DNA of 64,000 bases, from positions 22,917 through 86,916 of the forward strand of contig CABYRE010000001.1 of NCBI GenBank assembly GCA_902521325.1. Direction: 5' to 3'. The notes under the pieces were generated by a model. The model made no database searches, had not been told where the DNA came from, and saw only the letters and a list, made by a program, of their open reading frames with translations. This document shows positions 9,043 through 18,606 of this stretch, one piece after another. The stretch comes from an uncultured Alphaproteobacteria bacterium (GTDB lineage Bacteria > Pseudomonadota > Alphaproteobacteria > HIMB59 > GCA-002718135). A program made the translations under genes and the position numbers. The stretch's first letter is position 1. Each line of letters opens with the position of its first letter.

Positions 9043-9577
9043 AGATTAAACGATCTATATGATTGGTAATTTTCGAACTATCTGGCTTTGTCATAGATGA
9101 CCAAGATTTAATAAGTTGTCCATTCCTATCAAATAAATATTTGTAAAAATTCCACTTTGGTTTTTCGTTATACTCCTTTTCAATCCATGCATAAATTGGA
9201 TGAGCATTGATTCCTTTTACATCCATTGGTGATGAAGTAACAAAACCTATCCCGTAATTAACTAAACATATTTGTTTGATGTCCTCATTATTTTGATACT
9301 CTTGATTAAAGGAATTGCTAGTAGTAGCTATTATTGTTAAGTCGCTATTTTTATAGTTCAAAAATAAATTTTGGAGATCAGCATATTGAGGAGTGAAACC
9401 ACATCTCGAAGCTGTATTTACAATTAAAATTGGCTTGCCATCAAATTTCTCTAAATTTACTTGATTGCCGTCTATATCTTCAAATGAAAAATCGTATAAA
9501 TTCACTGTTTCATTTGCTAATAATGTATTCTTTAAGTTAAACATAATCAAAAAAACAAGTAAAAATTTAATTTTCAT
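9041..9577 (-). CDS. glutathione peroxidase family protein (secreted/periplasmic)
   Basis: The track ORF is 9041-9685. I start it at the internal ATG (complement of 9575-9577), giving MKIKFLLVFLIMFNLKNTLLA, a signal peptide. GPx motif NTASRCGFTPQY, plus YGIGF and AHPIYAW. Confidence 0.75.
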   Translation of the reverse strand: MKIKFLLVFLIMFNLKNTLLANETVNLYDFSFEDIDGNQVNLEKFDGKPILIVNTASRCGFTPQYADLQNLFLNYKNSDLTIIATTSNSFNQEYQNNEDIKQICLVNYGIGFVTSSPMDVKGINAHPIYAWIEKEYNEKPKWNFYKYLFDRNGQLIKSWSSMTKPDSSKITNHIDRLI

Positions 9578-9602
9578 GTTAGTTGGTATAAATATATCGC
9601 TT

Positions 9603-10739
9603 ATGGAATCATTCAATAGTTTTACTAATCTTTTTTTAGATGTCTGGAATAATGGTGTTTTTGGCATAAACGCTACAGATATCATAATAAGTCTAGTAAT
9701 TTTTCTATTTTTTTATTTACTCAGAAGACTTATTGCTAGATTTATTCTTAATCGATTATCAAGAATTGTTTCAAGAACTTCTAATCAAATTGACGATGCT
9801 GTCATTGAAGTACTTGATGGACCATTAAAATTTTTACCTGTTGTTATAGGCTTTTTTATAGCTTCTTCATATTTGGGTATTTCTGAAAATAATCAAGATT
9901 TTTTAGATTTACTAAACAGATCTTTAATTACAATTTTTATATTCTGGTTACTGCATCAATTGATTATACCATTTTCATTTGTAATAAAAAAATTTGAGTC
10001 AAAAATTTCTAAACCGTTAGTGGATTGGACTCTTAAAGGATTAAAAATTCTTGTAATTGTCCTTGGCGCTGTTGCAATATTAGAATTATGGGGCATAAGA
10101 GTAGGTCCTGTAATTGCAGGATTAGGTTTGTTTGGTGTAGCAGTAGCACTCGGTGCTCAAGATTTATTTAAAAATTTAATAAGTGGTATTATGATATTAA
10201 TGGAAAAAAGATTCACTGTAGGTGATGTAATATTAGTTTCTGGAGAAGTTGAAGGAGTTGTTGAACAAATTGGATTTAGGTCTACACTTGTTAGAAGATT
10301 TGACTCAACGCCAGTAATGGTGCCAAATTATAAATTTGCTGAACAGTCTGTTACTAATTATACAAGAAGATATCATAGAAGAATAAGATGGTTAATTGGA
10401 TTAGAATATAGAACCACAATTAATCAATTAAAAAAAATTAGAGACGAGATAAGTACATTAATTGAGAAAGATGATAACTTTGCAAAAAATCAAAATGCTA
10501 GCTTCTATGTTCGAATAGATAGTTTTTCTGATAGCTCTATTGATATGTTAGTACAAACATTTACTGTTACGAATGACTGGGCTGAATTTTTAAAAATTAA
10601 AGAAAATCTTGCTGTAAAAATAATAGAAATTGTCGAAAATAATAAAGCAGGCTTTGCATTTCCAAGTCAGTCACTTTACGTTGAAAAATTATCTGATGAA
10701 AAAACTGAGATTTTTAATCCCCAATCAATAAAAAAATAA
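9603..10739 (+). CDS. mechanosensitive ion channel (MscS family)
   Basis: The track ORF is 9465-10739. The first 46 codons lie antisense to gpx, so I start at ATG 9603 (MESFNSFTNLF...). MscS-family core GAQDLFKNLISGIMILMEKRFTVGDVI...G.VE.IG.RST. Confidence 0.75.
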   Translation: MESFNSFTNLFLDVWNNGVFGINATDIIISLVIFLFFYLLRRLIARFILNRLSRIVSRTSNQIDDAVIEVLDGPLKFLPVVIGFFIASSYLGISENNQDFLDLLNRSLITIFIFWLLHQLIIPFSFVIKKFESKISKPLVDWTLKGLKILVIVLGAVAILELWGIRVGPVIAGLGLFGVAVALGAQDLFKNLISGIMILMEKRFTVGDVILVSGEVEGVVEQIGFRSTLVRRFDSTPVMVPNYKFAEQSVTNYTRRYHRRIRWLIGLEYRTTINQLKKIRDEISTLIEKDDNFAKNQNASFYVRIDSFSDSSIDMLVQTFTVTNDWAEFLKIKENLAVKIIEIVENNKAGFAFPSQSLYVEKLSDEKTEIFNPQSIKK

Positions 10740-11743
10740 TGAACGAAAGTAATCGTGTAATTTCTGGCTCTCTTTTTATATTAGCTAGCATCGCTGTTGC
10801 ATTTATTTTAAATTTTTCTCAACCTATAATGATCCCGTTTGTGCTTGCACTTCTTTTAAGAATACTAATTGATCCAATAATTGATTTTCAGACTCAAAAT
10901 CTTCGCGTTCACAGATTTATCGCTGTTTTAATAAGTATTTGTTTAATTGTATTATTATTTTCAATTATTGTCCCTTTCATTGTTTCTTCAGTAGCAACAT
11001 TCTTGGAGTCTGCAGATGACTATAATCAAAAAGTAATCATTTTAATTGAGGCAGTCATAATACAGCTTCAAGAATTTGAAATTGATATTGATAGGGAAAC
11101 AATTAGAAATACAATTGCAGAGTTACCAATTACTAATTGGGCGGCTGTCATACTAAGCAATAGTGCAAACTTTATTTCAAAATTTCTTCTAGTTATAATT
11201 ATAACATTATTTTTATTGTTAGGAACTCCTCCTAAAAATACTTCAGATGAATGGAATGATATTATTAGATTAGTAAAAAAATATATATTTACGAAATTTT
11301 TAACATCAGCTTTTACAGGTATTGCTGCAGGATTAATTTATTGGTTTTTAGGATTAGAATTAGCCTTTATTTTTGGAAGCTTAACATTTATTTTAAATTT
11401 TATTCCAGTGATTGGATCTGTAATTGCTGTTTTACTTCCACTACCAATAGCTTTTCTGCAATATAATGATCCAACACTTGTTGTACTAATAATTATATTA
11501 CCTACAATTATACATCAAATTGTAGGAAATTTTATAGAGCCTAAAATTTTTGGTGAGAGCTTTGGATTACATCCAATTACAATTATTTTATCTTTAATTT
11601 TTTGGGGAATGATTTGGGGATTTATTGGAGTTCTTCTTGCCGCACCTCTAACTGCAATCATTAGAATTTCTTTTGAAAGATTTAAAGCTACGAAACAGAT
11701 TGCAAGGTTATTAGAGGGTAAGATTCATATCAAGGAAAGCTAA
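10739..11743 (+). CDS. AI-2E family transporter (PerM/UPF0118)
   Basis: 334-aa polytopic membrane ORF with the C-terminal signature GNFIEPKIFGESFGLHPITIILSLIFWGMIWGFIGVLLAAPLTA. It shares a TAATG overlap with the upstream gene. Confidence 0.8.
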   Translation: MNESNRVISGSLFILASIAVAFILNFSQPIMIPFVLALLLRILIDPIIDFQTQNLRVHRFIAVLISICLIVLLFSIIVPFIVSSVATFLESADDYNQKVIILIEAVIIQLQEFEIDIDRETIRNTIAELPITNWAAVILSNSANFISKFLLVIIITLFLLLGTPPKNTSDEWNDIIRLVKKYIFTKFLTSAFTGIAAGLIYWFLGLELAFIFGSLTFILNFIPVIGSVIAVLLPLPIAFLQYNDPTLVVLIIILPTIIHQIVGNFIEPKIFGESFGLHPITIILSLIFWGMIWGFIGVLLAAPLTAIIRISFERFKATKQIARLLEGKIHIKES

Positions 11744-12225
11744 CCTAATATTTTTTTGCATATATCATAGCTAAAACCAGCTCTTGCCATCTTTGCTAGT
11801 TTTTTTTCATAACTTTCATTTTTCTCCAACAATTTTTTTTTCTTAACAAATATTTTTGCAGCTTCAAACTCCCAACTATCATTATCTTGTTTCATTAAAT
11901 TTAAATTATCTTGAATTTGAGATTTATTTACTCCTTTTTTTATCAAGTAGTTTAAAATAAAATTCTTAGATTTTCCAGAATTTGATAAAGAAAGAATTTT
12001 TGTTGAGGTATATCTGTCATCATCAATAAATTTATTTTTTTCTAATTTTTTTATTATAGTTTCTATTTTATTAATGAGATCCCTCTTTTCAAAATTTGTA
12101 ATGTTTAATCTTAAAATTTTTCTTTTAAGTATATTTTCCAAATTATTCTTAGAAGAATTATATTTGCTTAAATAATCAACGGCGTATTTTAAGAGTTTTT
12201 TGTCATCCACTAAACTAATATACAA
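11740..12225 (-). CDS. recX: regulatory protein RecX
   Basis: 161 aa of repeated three-helix units typical of RecX (YLSKYNSSKNNLENILKRK, NYLIKKGVNKSQIQDNL, KLAKMARAGFSYDICKKIL). There is no recA next to it. Confidence 0.6.
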   Translation of the reverse strand: MYISLVDDKKLLKYAVDYLSKYNSSKNNLENILKRKILRLNITNFEKRDLINKIETIIKKLEKNKFIDDDRYTSTKILSLSNSGKSKNFILNYLIKKGVNKSQIQDNLNLMKQDNDSWEFEAAKIFVKKKKLLEKNESYEKKLAKMARAGFSYDICKKILG

Positions 12226-12258
12226 ATAATTTAAATATATTAAAAGAAAACCCTTAAT

Positions 12259-13029
12259 ATGATTAACTATAATTATCTCTGTTTTCTCACATTAGTTAAA
12301 AAAGAAGTTTTTAGGTTCTTAAAGGTAGGGATACAAACTGTTATTGGACCAGCTATTAGCTCTTTATTATTCTTAGCGGTTTTTAGCTTAGCTCTCGGAA
12401 GGTCTGTAAATTCTATAAATGGTATTGACCTCCCTTATTTCATTGCGCCAGGTCTAATAATGATGACTATGCTACAAAACTCTTTTGCTAATTCAGCATC
12501 AAGTATTGGTCAATCGAAATTTCAAGGAAATATAGTAGATATATTAATGGCCCCATTAAACAATGTAGAATTAGCTTTTGGATTTATTATAGGCTCAATT
12601 TGTAGAGGTGTTGTATGCGGTATAGTAACAACTTTAGGAGTCATGATATTTGTACCTCTTCAAGTATACTCTTATATGGCGTTATTATTTTTCACATTAA
12701 TGGGATGCACAATGATGGGTACTATGGGAACAATTGTCGGTATTTGGGCAGATAAATGGGATCAACAACAAGGTATAACTAACTTTATTGTCTTACCTCT
12801 TACTTTTTTATCAGGAACATTCTATTCAATTTCGAGACTCCCTGAGTTTTGGCAGACAGTTTCCTCATTTAATCCATTCTTCTATAACATTGATGGTTTT
12901 AGATATGCTTTTACAGGTATTTCTGACAGTTCATTAATTCAAGGATCAATATTCTTAGTAATTATTAATATTATATTAATCTTATTATGCTATTTTATGT
13001 TTCGCAAAGGATATAAAATTAAATTTTAA
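12259..13029 (+). CDS. ABC-2 type transporter permease
   Basis: 256 aa with six hydrophobic segments and an ABC-2 permease-like layout (N-terminal KKEVFRFLK, C-terminal SRLPEFWQ..S.FNPFFY). No ATPase gene is adjacent. Confidence 0.65.
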   Translation: MINYNYLCFLTLVKKEVFRFLKVGIQTVIGPAISSLLFLAVFSLALGRSVNSINGIDLPYFIAPGLIMMTMLQNSFANSASSIGQSKFQGNIVDILMAPLNNVELAFGFIIGSICRGVVCGIVTTLGVMIFVPLQVYSYMALLFFTLMGCTMMGTMGTIVGIWADKWDQQQGITNFIVLPLTFLSGTFYSISRLPEFWQTVSSFNPFFYNIDGFRYAFTGISDSSLIQGSIFLVIINIILILLCYFMFRKGYKIKF

Positions 13030-13031
13030 AT

Positions 13032-14210
13032 ATGGCTAGTAAACTTTTATCAAATGTTATGCCAACCTATGGCAATAAAAATCTTGAATTTGTAAAAGGT
13101 GAAGGATGTTATCTATACACTGGTCAAAATAAAAAATATTTAGATTTTGCAAGTGGAATAGCAGTTAATTCTCTTGGTCATTGTCATCCTAAACTAATAG
13201 AGGCACTTAATAAACAATCAGAACAACTTTGGCATGTTTCAAATTTATATAAAATTAAAAAACAAGAACAATTTGCAAAATTACTTTGTAAAAATTCATT
13301 TGCAGATAAAGTTTTTTTTACTAACTCTGGAACTGAATCTATTGAGTGTGGAATAAAAATAATTAGAGGTTATCATTCGTATCACAAGACCAAAAAAACA
13401 GAAATTATAACTTTTGATGGTGCTTTTCACGGAAGAACTTATGGAGCACTTTCAGCGCAAAAAAACAAAAAATACTCTAGTGGTTTTGGACCTTTGCTTA
13501 AAGGTTTTAAACAAATTGAATTTAATAATGAAAAGAAATTAATATCTGCAATAAATAAAAAAACAGCTGGTATAATGATTGAACCAATTCAAGGAGAAGG
13601 AGGTATTCGTCCTGCTAATTTAAGTTTTTTAAAATTATTAAGAAAAATTTGTAAAGAAAATGACATCTTACTGTTTTTTGATGAAGTTCAGTGTGGATTT
13701 GGAAGATCAGGCAAATTATTCTCACATGAATGGGCAAATATAAAACCCGATATTATGTCTGTAGCAAAAGGTATAGGATCAGGGTTTCCACTTGGAGCTT
13801 GTATGTCAATAAATAAAGCATGTATTGCAATGACTAAAGGTAGTCATGGATCAACCTATGGTGGTAATCCGTTAGCCATGAGTGTAGGTTTAGAAGTTTT
13901 AAAAATTATCTCTAATAAAACATTTCTTTCAAAAGTTGATAAAATAGCTAGATATTTCTGGAAAAACTTAAAAAAATTAGAGAATACATCTGATATTATT
14001 TTAGAGGTTAGGGGTGCAGGACTTTTATTGGGAATTAAAACAAAAATTAGCAATATAGATTTTTCTGAACAACTTAAAAAAAATAAATTACTAAATGTAC
14101 CTGCTGCAGATAATACAGTAAGATTAGCCCCACCACTTATTGTAACTTATAAAGAAATTGATAAATCAATTTCAATAATTAAAAAAAGTATGAAAGAATT
14201 ATATAAATGA
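13032..14210 (+). CDS. argD: acetylornithine aminotransferase
   Basis: 392-aa class-III aminotransferase (GIAVNSLGHCHP, FTNSGTES, FDEVQCGFGRSGKLF, PDIMSVAKGIGSGFPLGA). It is followed by argF with a 4-nt overlap. Confidence 0.85.
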   Translation: MASKLLSNVMPTYGNKNLEFVKGEGCYLYTGQNKKYLDFASGIAVNSLGHCHPKLIEALNKQSEQLWHVSNLYKIKKQEQFAKLLCKNSFADKVFFTNSGTESIECGIKIIRGYHSYHKTKKTEIITFDGAFHGRTYGALSAQKNKKYSSGFGPLLKGFKQIEFNNEKKLISAINKKTAGIMIEPIQGEGGIRPANLSFLKLLRKICKENDILLFFDEVQCGFGRSGKLFSHEWANIKPDIMSVAKGIGSGFPLGACMSINKACIAMTKGSHGSTYGGNPLAMSVGLEVLKIISNKTFLSKVDKIARYFWKNLKKLENTSDIILEVRGAGLLLGIKTKISNIDFSEQLKKNKLLNVPAADNTVRLAPPLIVTYKEIDKSISIIKKSMKELYK

Positions 14211-15100
14211 AACATTTTATTGATATTAATAATTTTAAAAAAACAGAAATTGATGAAATAATTTCACTTGCAAGAAAAATAAAAAAAAATCCAAAAAAAT
14301 ATTCTTTATCTTGTAAAAATAAAACTCTCGGTTTAATTTTTGAAAAGCAGTCACTAAGAACACGATTAAGCTTCAATGTAGGAATGCAAAAATTAGGGGG
14401 TTTTGTTTTAGAACTGCAAAGTAAAGATATTGGTTTTGATAATAAAAGAGAAAAAGCTGAAGATGTTCTTAATGTATTAAGTCAATATATTGATTGTCTG
14501 ATGATAAGAAATAATAATCACAAACAAATAGTAAATTTAAGTAAAGAAAATATTCTTCCAATAATAAATGGCCTAACTGAATATAGTCATCCGTGTCAAA
14601 TACTTGGAGATTTTTTAACACTTCAAGAGAGGTTTAAAAACTATAAAAATGTGAGTATTACTTGGATAGGCGATTATAATAATGTTTTGCGTTCACTCAT
14701 TCATTTGCAAAATATTTATAATTTTAACCTTAATGTTGTTGTACCAAATCAAATTTTTAAACACTATAAAAATGAATTTCTAAAATTAAAGAATAAAAAT
14801 TTAAAATATTTTGCTGATCCTATTGAAGGTGTAAAAAAATCAAATTGTGTAATGACTGACGTTTGGGTTTCAATGGGTGAAAAAAATAATAAAGAAAAAT
14901 ATTTTAAAAATTTTACTGTGAATAAAAAAATTATGAGTAATGCATCAAATAATGCGATTTTTATGCATTGTTTACCAGCAAAAAGAGGAAAAGAGGTAAC
15001 ATCAGATGTTCTTGATGGTAAAAATTCTGTTGCATTATTGCAAGCAAAAAATAGAATGTTCATTCAACAAGCGATATTAATTTATGTACTTGAAAAATAG
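14207..15100 (+). CDS. argF: ornithine carbamoyltransferase
   Basis: 297 aa with SLRTRLSF, HPCQILGD and HCLPA motifs. Confidence 0.9.
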   Translation: MKHFIDINNFKKTEIDEIISLARKIKKNPKKYSLSCKNKTLGLIFEKQSLRTRLSFNVGMQKLGGFVLELQSKDIGFDNKREKAEDVLNVLSQYIDCLMIRNNNHKQIVNLSKENILPIINGLTEYSHPCQILGDFLTLQERFKNYKNVSITWIGDYNNVLRSLIHLQNIYNFNLNVVVPNQIFKHYKNEFLKLKNKNLKYFADPIEGVKKSNCVMTDVWVSMGEKNNKEKYFKNFTVNKKIMSNASNNAIFMHCLPAKRGKEVTSDVLDGKNSVALLQAKNRMFIQQAILIYVLEK

Positions 15101-15656
15101 TTTTTTATTAATTTTGTTTGTTATTCTATCCTGTCAACCAGTTGAAATATTAAAACCAATTGAAATTGATACATCTAGATTTGAAAAAATATCAATTAAT
15201 GCTAAACAAATTGAAATCAAGAAGAAATATAATTCTGTATTTTCCAAATCTAATATCGAAGATCAAATACAAAAATCCCCAATTAATCTAATGGCTGAAT
15301 GGAATAGCCAAAACATTCTTAAAATTGGAAATGAAAATAAGTTAATTATAAACATTTTAGATGCATCTATTAAAAAATCTGAAATAATGAACGTTGGATC
15401 TAAAAAATATGAGGAAAGAACTATATTTATTTATGAACTATTTTATTTAGTTGAATATGAACTTTATGATAGTAGTGGTTATTTAATAGCCAATACAACA
15501 GTTGAGACTTCACGATCTACAACTTCTAAAAAATATATCTCTTTAAATGAAACTGAAATAATTATTAATGATTTATTAATTTCAGCAATGAGAGATTATA
15601 TAAATGAAACAAAAAACCAGTTATCAATTTATATGGGAGATTATTTAAGTTTTTAA
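15084..15656 (+). CDS. hypothetical lipoprotein
   Basis: 190-aa ORF with a lipobox-like LILFVILSC at the N-terminus. It overlaps the argF end by 17 nt. No family recognised. Confidence 0.5.
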   Translation: MYLKNSFLLILFVILSCQPVEILKPIEIDTSRFEKISINAKQIEIKKKYNSVFSKSNIEDQIQKSPINLMAEWNSQNILKIGNENKLIINILDASIKKSEIMNVGSKKYEERTIFIYELFYLVEYELYDSSGYLIANTTVETSRSTTSKKYISLNETEIIINDLLISAMRDYINETKNQLSIYMGDYLSF

Positions 15657-17101
15657 CTTCTCCAAAAATTCATAGATAATAAAACTAATACTGTAAAAAT
15701 TTCTAATCTTCCGATAATCATAGTAATTGATAGTATCCATTTAGCCCCATTATCTAATAAAAAATAATTTCCACTTGGTCCAATTATTTCACCTAAACCG
15801 GGGCCAACATTTGATATTGCAGAAGCTGCTGCTGAAAAGGCAGTTAAAAAATCTAAATTGAATAAGCTTAAACTTACTGCTGATAAAATAAATAAAAATA
15901 TATACATAAAGAAAAAGCCCATTATTGAGTTATAAGTATTTTCATTAACTGATTTGCCATTAAATCGCATAACTAAGACTGCATGAGGCTGAGTTAGCTT
16001 TCTAATTTGTGTAATTGCTCCTCTAAACAAAATTTGTAATCTAAATATTTTAATTCCACCAGTGGTAGATCCTGCACATCCACCAACAAACATAATAATC
16101 ATCATTATTACAATGCCAAAACTTCCCCAATTGGAAAAGTTACTACTAGTATAACCAGTCCCAGTTAAAATTGATGTAATATTGAATAAAGCAATTCTAA
16201 AAGCAGAAATTACATCTAAAGATTGATTAGTAGTTAGCCAAATTGTCGTTAACAAAATAATTATAAATAAAATTAGAAAGAATAATTTAATTTGATCATC
16301 TTTAAAAATCAATTTTTTTTGATTATGTAAAAATTGCAAATACAAGACAAATGGTAAACTTCCTACCAACATAAAAATAATACTTACGCCTTCTATTTTA
16401 AATGAATTAAAATATGAAAATGATTCATTATAATTAGAAAATCCACCAGTAGAAATCGTAGTCATTGAATGGATAATTGAATCAAAACCTTTCATTCCAT
16501 TAACAAAATACAAAAAGGCACAAATAATTGATAAAGATACGTAAAGTAGAAATAGTTCAATTACAAAACGATTAACTTTAGGAATTGTTTTTTCATAAGG
16601 ATCATCATGTTCCATATGTAGCAACTGCATTCCACCAATTTGTAAAGTTGGCAAAATAGCCATTGCAAGAACTATTATTCCTATTCCTCCAAACCATTGA
16701 AGAAGAGATCTCCAAATTAATATACCCTCTGATAAGTTTTCTAAATTATTAATAACAGTTGCACCAGTTGTAGTAATTCCACTTACTGACTCAAAAAAAG
16801 CATCTGTATATGAAAGGGAAGATGATGAATACACAAATGGAATTGCACCAAAAAGAGATATTACTAACCAAGATGAAATTGTTAACAAAAATGCCTGCCT
16901 AATTCCAAGCTTAATGTTTTTTTTTCTAAATGAAAAATATAAAATTATACCAATAAAAAATGTGATTAAGCTTGAGTAAAAAAATTGTAACCAATCATAA
17001 TTACCATAATAAAGATCAAAGAACATTGGTATCAGCATTGCTACTGCCTCAATACATATCAGTATTCCAATTATATTTAATATTGACCTAAAGTCTCTCA
17101 T
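15653..17101 (-). CDS. trkH: Trk-type potassium uptake protein TrkH
   Basis: 482-aa polytopic ORF with repeated selectivity-filter-like segments (TTTGAT, ISTGGFS, GTGYTS, GGCAGSTTGGIKIFR). Confidence 0.85.
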   Translation of the reverse strand: MRDFRSILNIIGILICIEAVAMLIPMFFDLYYGNYDWLQFFYSSLITFFIGIILYFSFRKKNIKLGIRQAFLLTISSWLVISLFGAIPFVYSSSSLSYTDAFFESVSGITTTGATVINNLENLSEGILIWRSLLQWFGGIGIIVLAMAILPTLQIGGMQLLHMEHDDPYEKTIPKVNRFVIELFLLYVSLSIICAFLYFVNGMKGFDSIIHSMTTISTGGFSNYNESFSYFNSFKIEGVSIIFMLVGSLPFVLYLQFLHNQKKLIFKDDQIKLFFLILFIIILLTTIWLTTNQSLDVISAFRIALFNITSILTGTGYTSSNFSNWGSFGIVIMMIIMFVGGCAGSTTGGIKIFRLQILFRGAITQIRKLTQPHAVLVMRFNGKSVNENTYNSIMGFFFMYIFLFILSAVSLSLFNLDFLTAFSAAASAISNVGPGLGEIIGPSGNYFLLDNGAKWILSITMIIGRLEIFTVLVLLSMNFWRS

Positions 17102-17113
17102 TGTATTTGTGAA

Positions 17114-17506
17114 TTAATTTAATTTATTATTTTCAAATGGTGTATCTAATGAAAACTGAGGTATTTGAACATCAAAAGAATTTCCATCATCGTCTTGCAT
17201 CTCATAACTTCCTTCCATGAAACCTGAAGAAGTTGTTAAAGGTGTGCCACTAGTATACTCAAACTTTTCACCTGGATTTAATATGGGTTGTTCGCCTACA
17301 ACACCTTTACCTCGTACTTCTTGAAGAGTACCATTAGCATCAATAATTTTCCAATGTCTGTTGACCAGCTGTACTTTTTCATTACCTTGGTTATCAATTG
17401 TTACTTTATACGCCCATACAAAATGCTGATCTTCAGGCTCAGATTGATCTTCAAGATAATAAGGCTTAACAGTAATATTTATTTTTTTTGTAGTTTTGGA
17501 ATACAT
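17114..17506 (-). CDS. apaG: ApaG (DUF525) protein
   Basis: 130 aa: HFVWAYKVTIDNQGNEKVQLVNRHWKIIDANG..QEVRGKGVVGEQPIL.PGE.FEYTSG is the classic ApaG sequence. Confidence 0.85.
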   Translation of the reverse strand: MYSKTTKKINITVKPYYLEDQSEPEDQHFVWAYKVTIDNQGNEKVQLVNRHWKIIDANGTLQEVRGKGVVGEQPILNPGEKFEYTSGTPLTTSSGFMEGSYEMQDDDGNSFDVQIPQFSLDTPFENNKLN

Positions 17507-17546
17507 TGAAAAAAGCTCAATATACCAAAATATTTATAAACAAAAG

Positions 17547-18464
17547 TTAATTTGTTTTTTTTATTTCCACTCTTCTATTTGCGGGCTGTTTGGTGTCATC
17601 TGGAGTGTCTACAGCTAAAGATTCCTCACCTTTGCCTAAAATTTTAATACTACTTTGATTAATTCCATAATTAATTAAAATTTCTTTTACAACCTTTGCT
17701 CTTTTGATTGATAATGATAAATTATATTTATTTGTTCCTTTAGTATCAGTATGTCCAACTACAAGATATTCATTAATAAAACTTCCATAATTATTTAAAA
17801 ATTTTTTTATTTTATCTTTACTAACTTCAGATAAATTGAATTGATCAAAATCAAAATAAATTATTTGCATTAATTCTTTATTTTCATTTTTAGTCACAAT
17901 TGTTACTTCATCTTTTGTTTCATTTTCTAAATTATCATCTTTATTATTCGAAGTTTCCTGCTCATTTTCCTGAGTAGATATTTTTTCATAAATATTATGC
18001 ATGGCTTTTAAGAAATCATTCTTGCAACTATTAATATCCCATGTTTGCCAATTTTCCTCCTGTTGCTCTGACCAGCAATCTAACGAGGAAATAGCTACTG
18101 CTAAATTAAAAGGATCAATATTTTTAGCATCTTTATAAATTGTCATAAGGTTTTCATATGCAATTTTTATTTCATTGATATTTTCTTCTGGAATTTTCCA
18201 ATATGAAATTGCTTCTGGATATATTTCATCAGTTTCTAAACTCTTGAGTGCTTTTTCAGAATATAATTTTGCAGAATTCCAATCGTGCATTTCTTCTGCT
18301 TCGAAACTAGCTTTTTTTTTGTATTCGGATAGTAAGTGTTCTTGAAAGTTTTTTGGTTCTTTATTTTCCATTGTAGAGAGTTGTTTATAACTAGCTGAAC
18401 AACCGCCTAAAAAAATTAGTAAAGAGATAATAGGTAGTAATAATTTAAGTTTCATAGAGTACAA
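17547..18464 (-). CDS. OmpA-family lipoprotein (peptidoglycan-binding C-terminal domain)
   Basis: 305 aa with lipobox LGGCS and a C-terminal OmpA-like domain (VVGHTDTKGTNKYNLSLSIKRAKVVKEIL...NRRVEI). Confidence 0.8.
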   Translation of the reverse strand: MYSMKLKLLLPIISLLIFLGGCSASYKQLSTMENKEPKNFQEHLLSEYKKKASFEAEEMHDWNSAKLYSEKALKSLETDEIYPEAISYWKIPEENINEIKIAYENLMTIYKDAKNIDPFNLAVAISSLDCWSEQQEENWQTWDINSCKNDFLKAMHNIYEKISTQENEQETSNNKDDNLENETKDEVTIVTKNENKELMQIIYFDFDQFNLSEVSKDKIKKFLNNYGSFINEYLVVGHTDTKGTNKYNLSLSIKRAKVVKEILINYGINQSSIKILGKGEESLAVDTPDDTKQPANRRVEIKKTN

Positions 18465-18606
18465 ATATCAAAATTTGCTGTCAAAACTAAGACGAAAATT
18501 TGACCTAATTAAGGTCCACCATTTTTTTTACATCACCTACATTTTATCATTGCAGAGTATTTAAAGATTAAATACAGAAATAGCATATTTATTTAAGGAG
18601 TTTATA

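Noticed and set aside
18502-18530. Hairpin gacct-aatta-aggtc followed by a T8 run in the 5' leader of the GcvT/DmdA-family gene (possible attenuator or riboswitch expression platform)
   Set aside because: It has only a 5-bp stem. I found no recognisable riboswitch aptamer (glycine, SAM-II/V, THF) in the 142-nt divergent spacer. It is too weak to call without covariance-model or comparative evidence.
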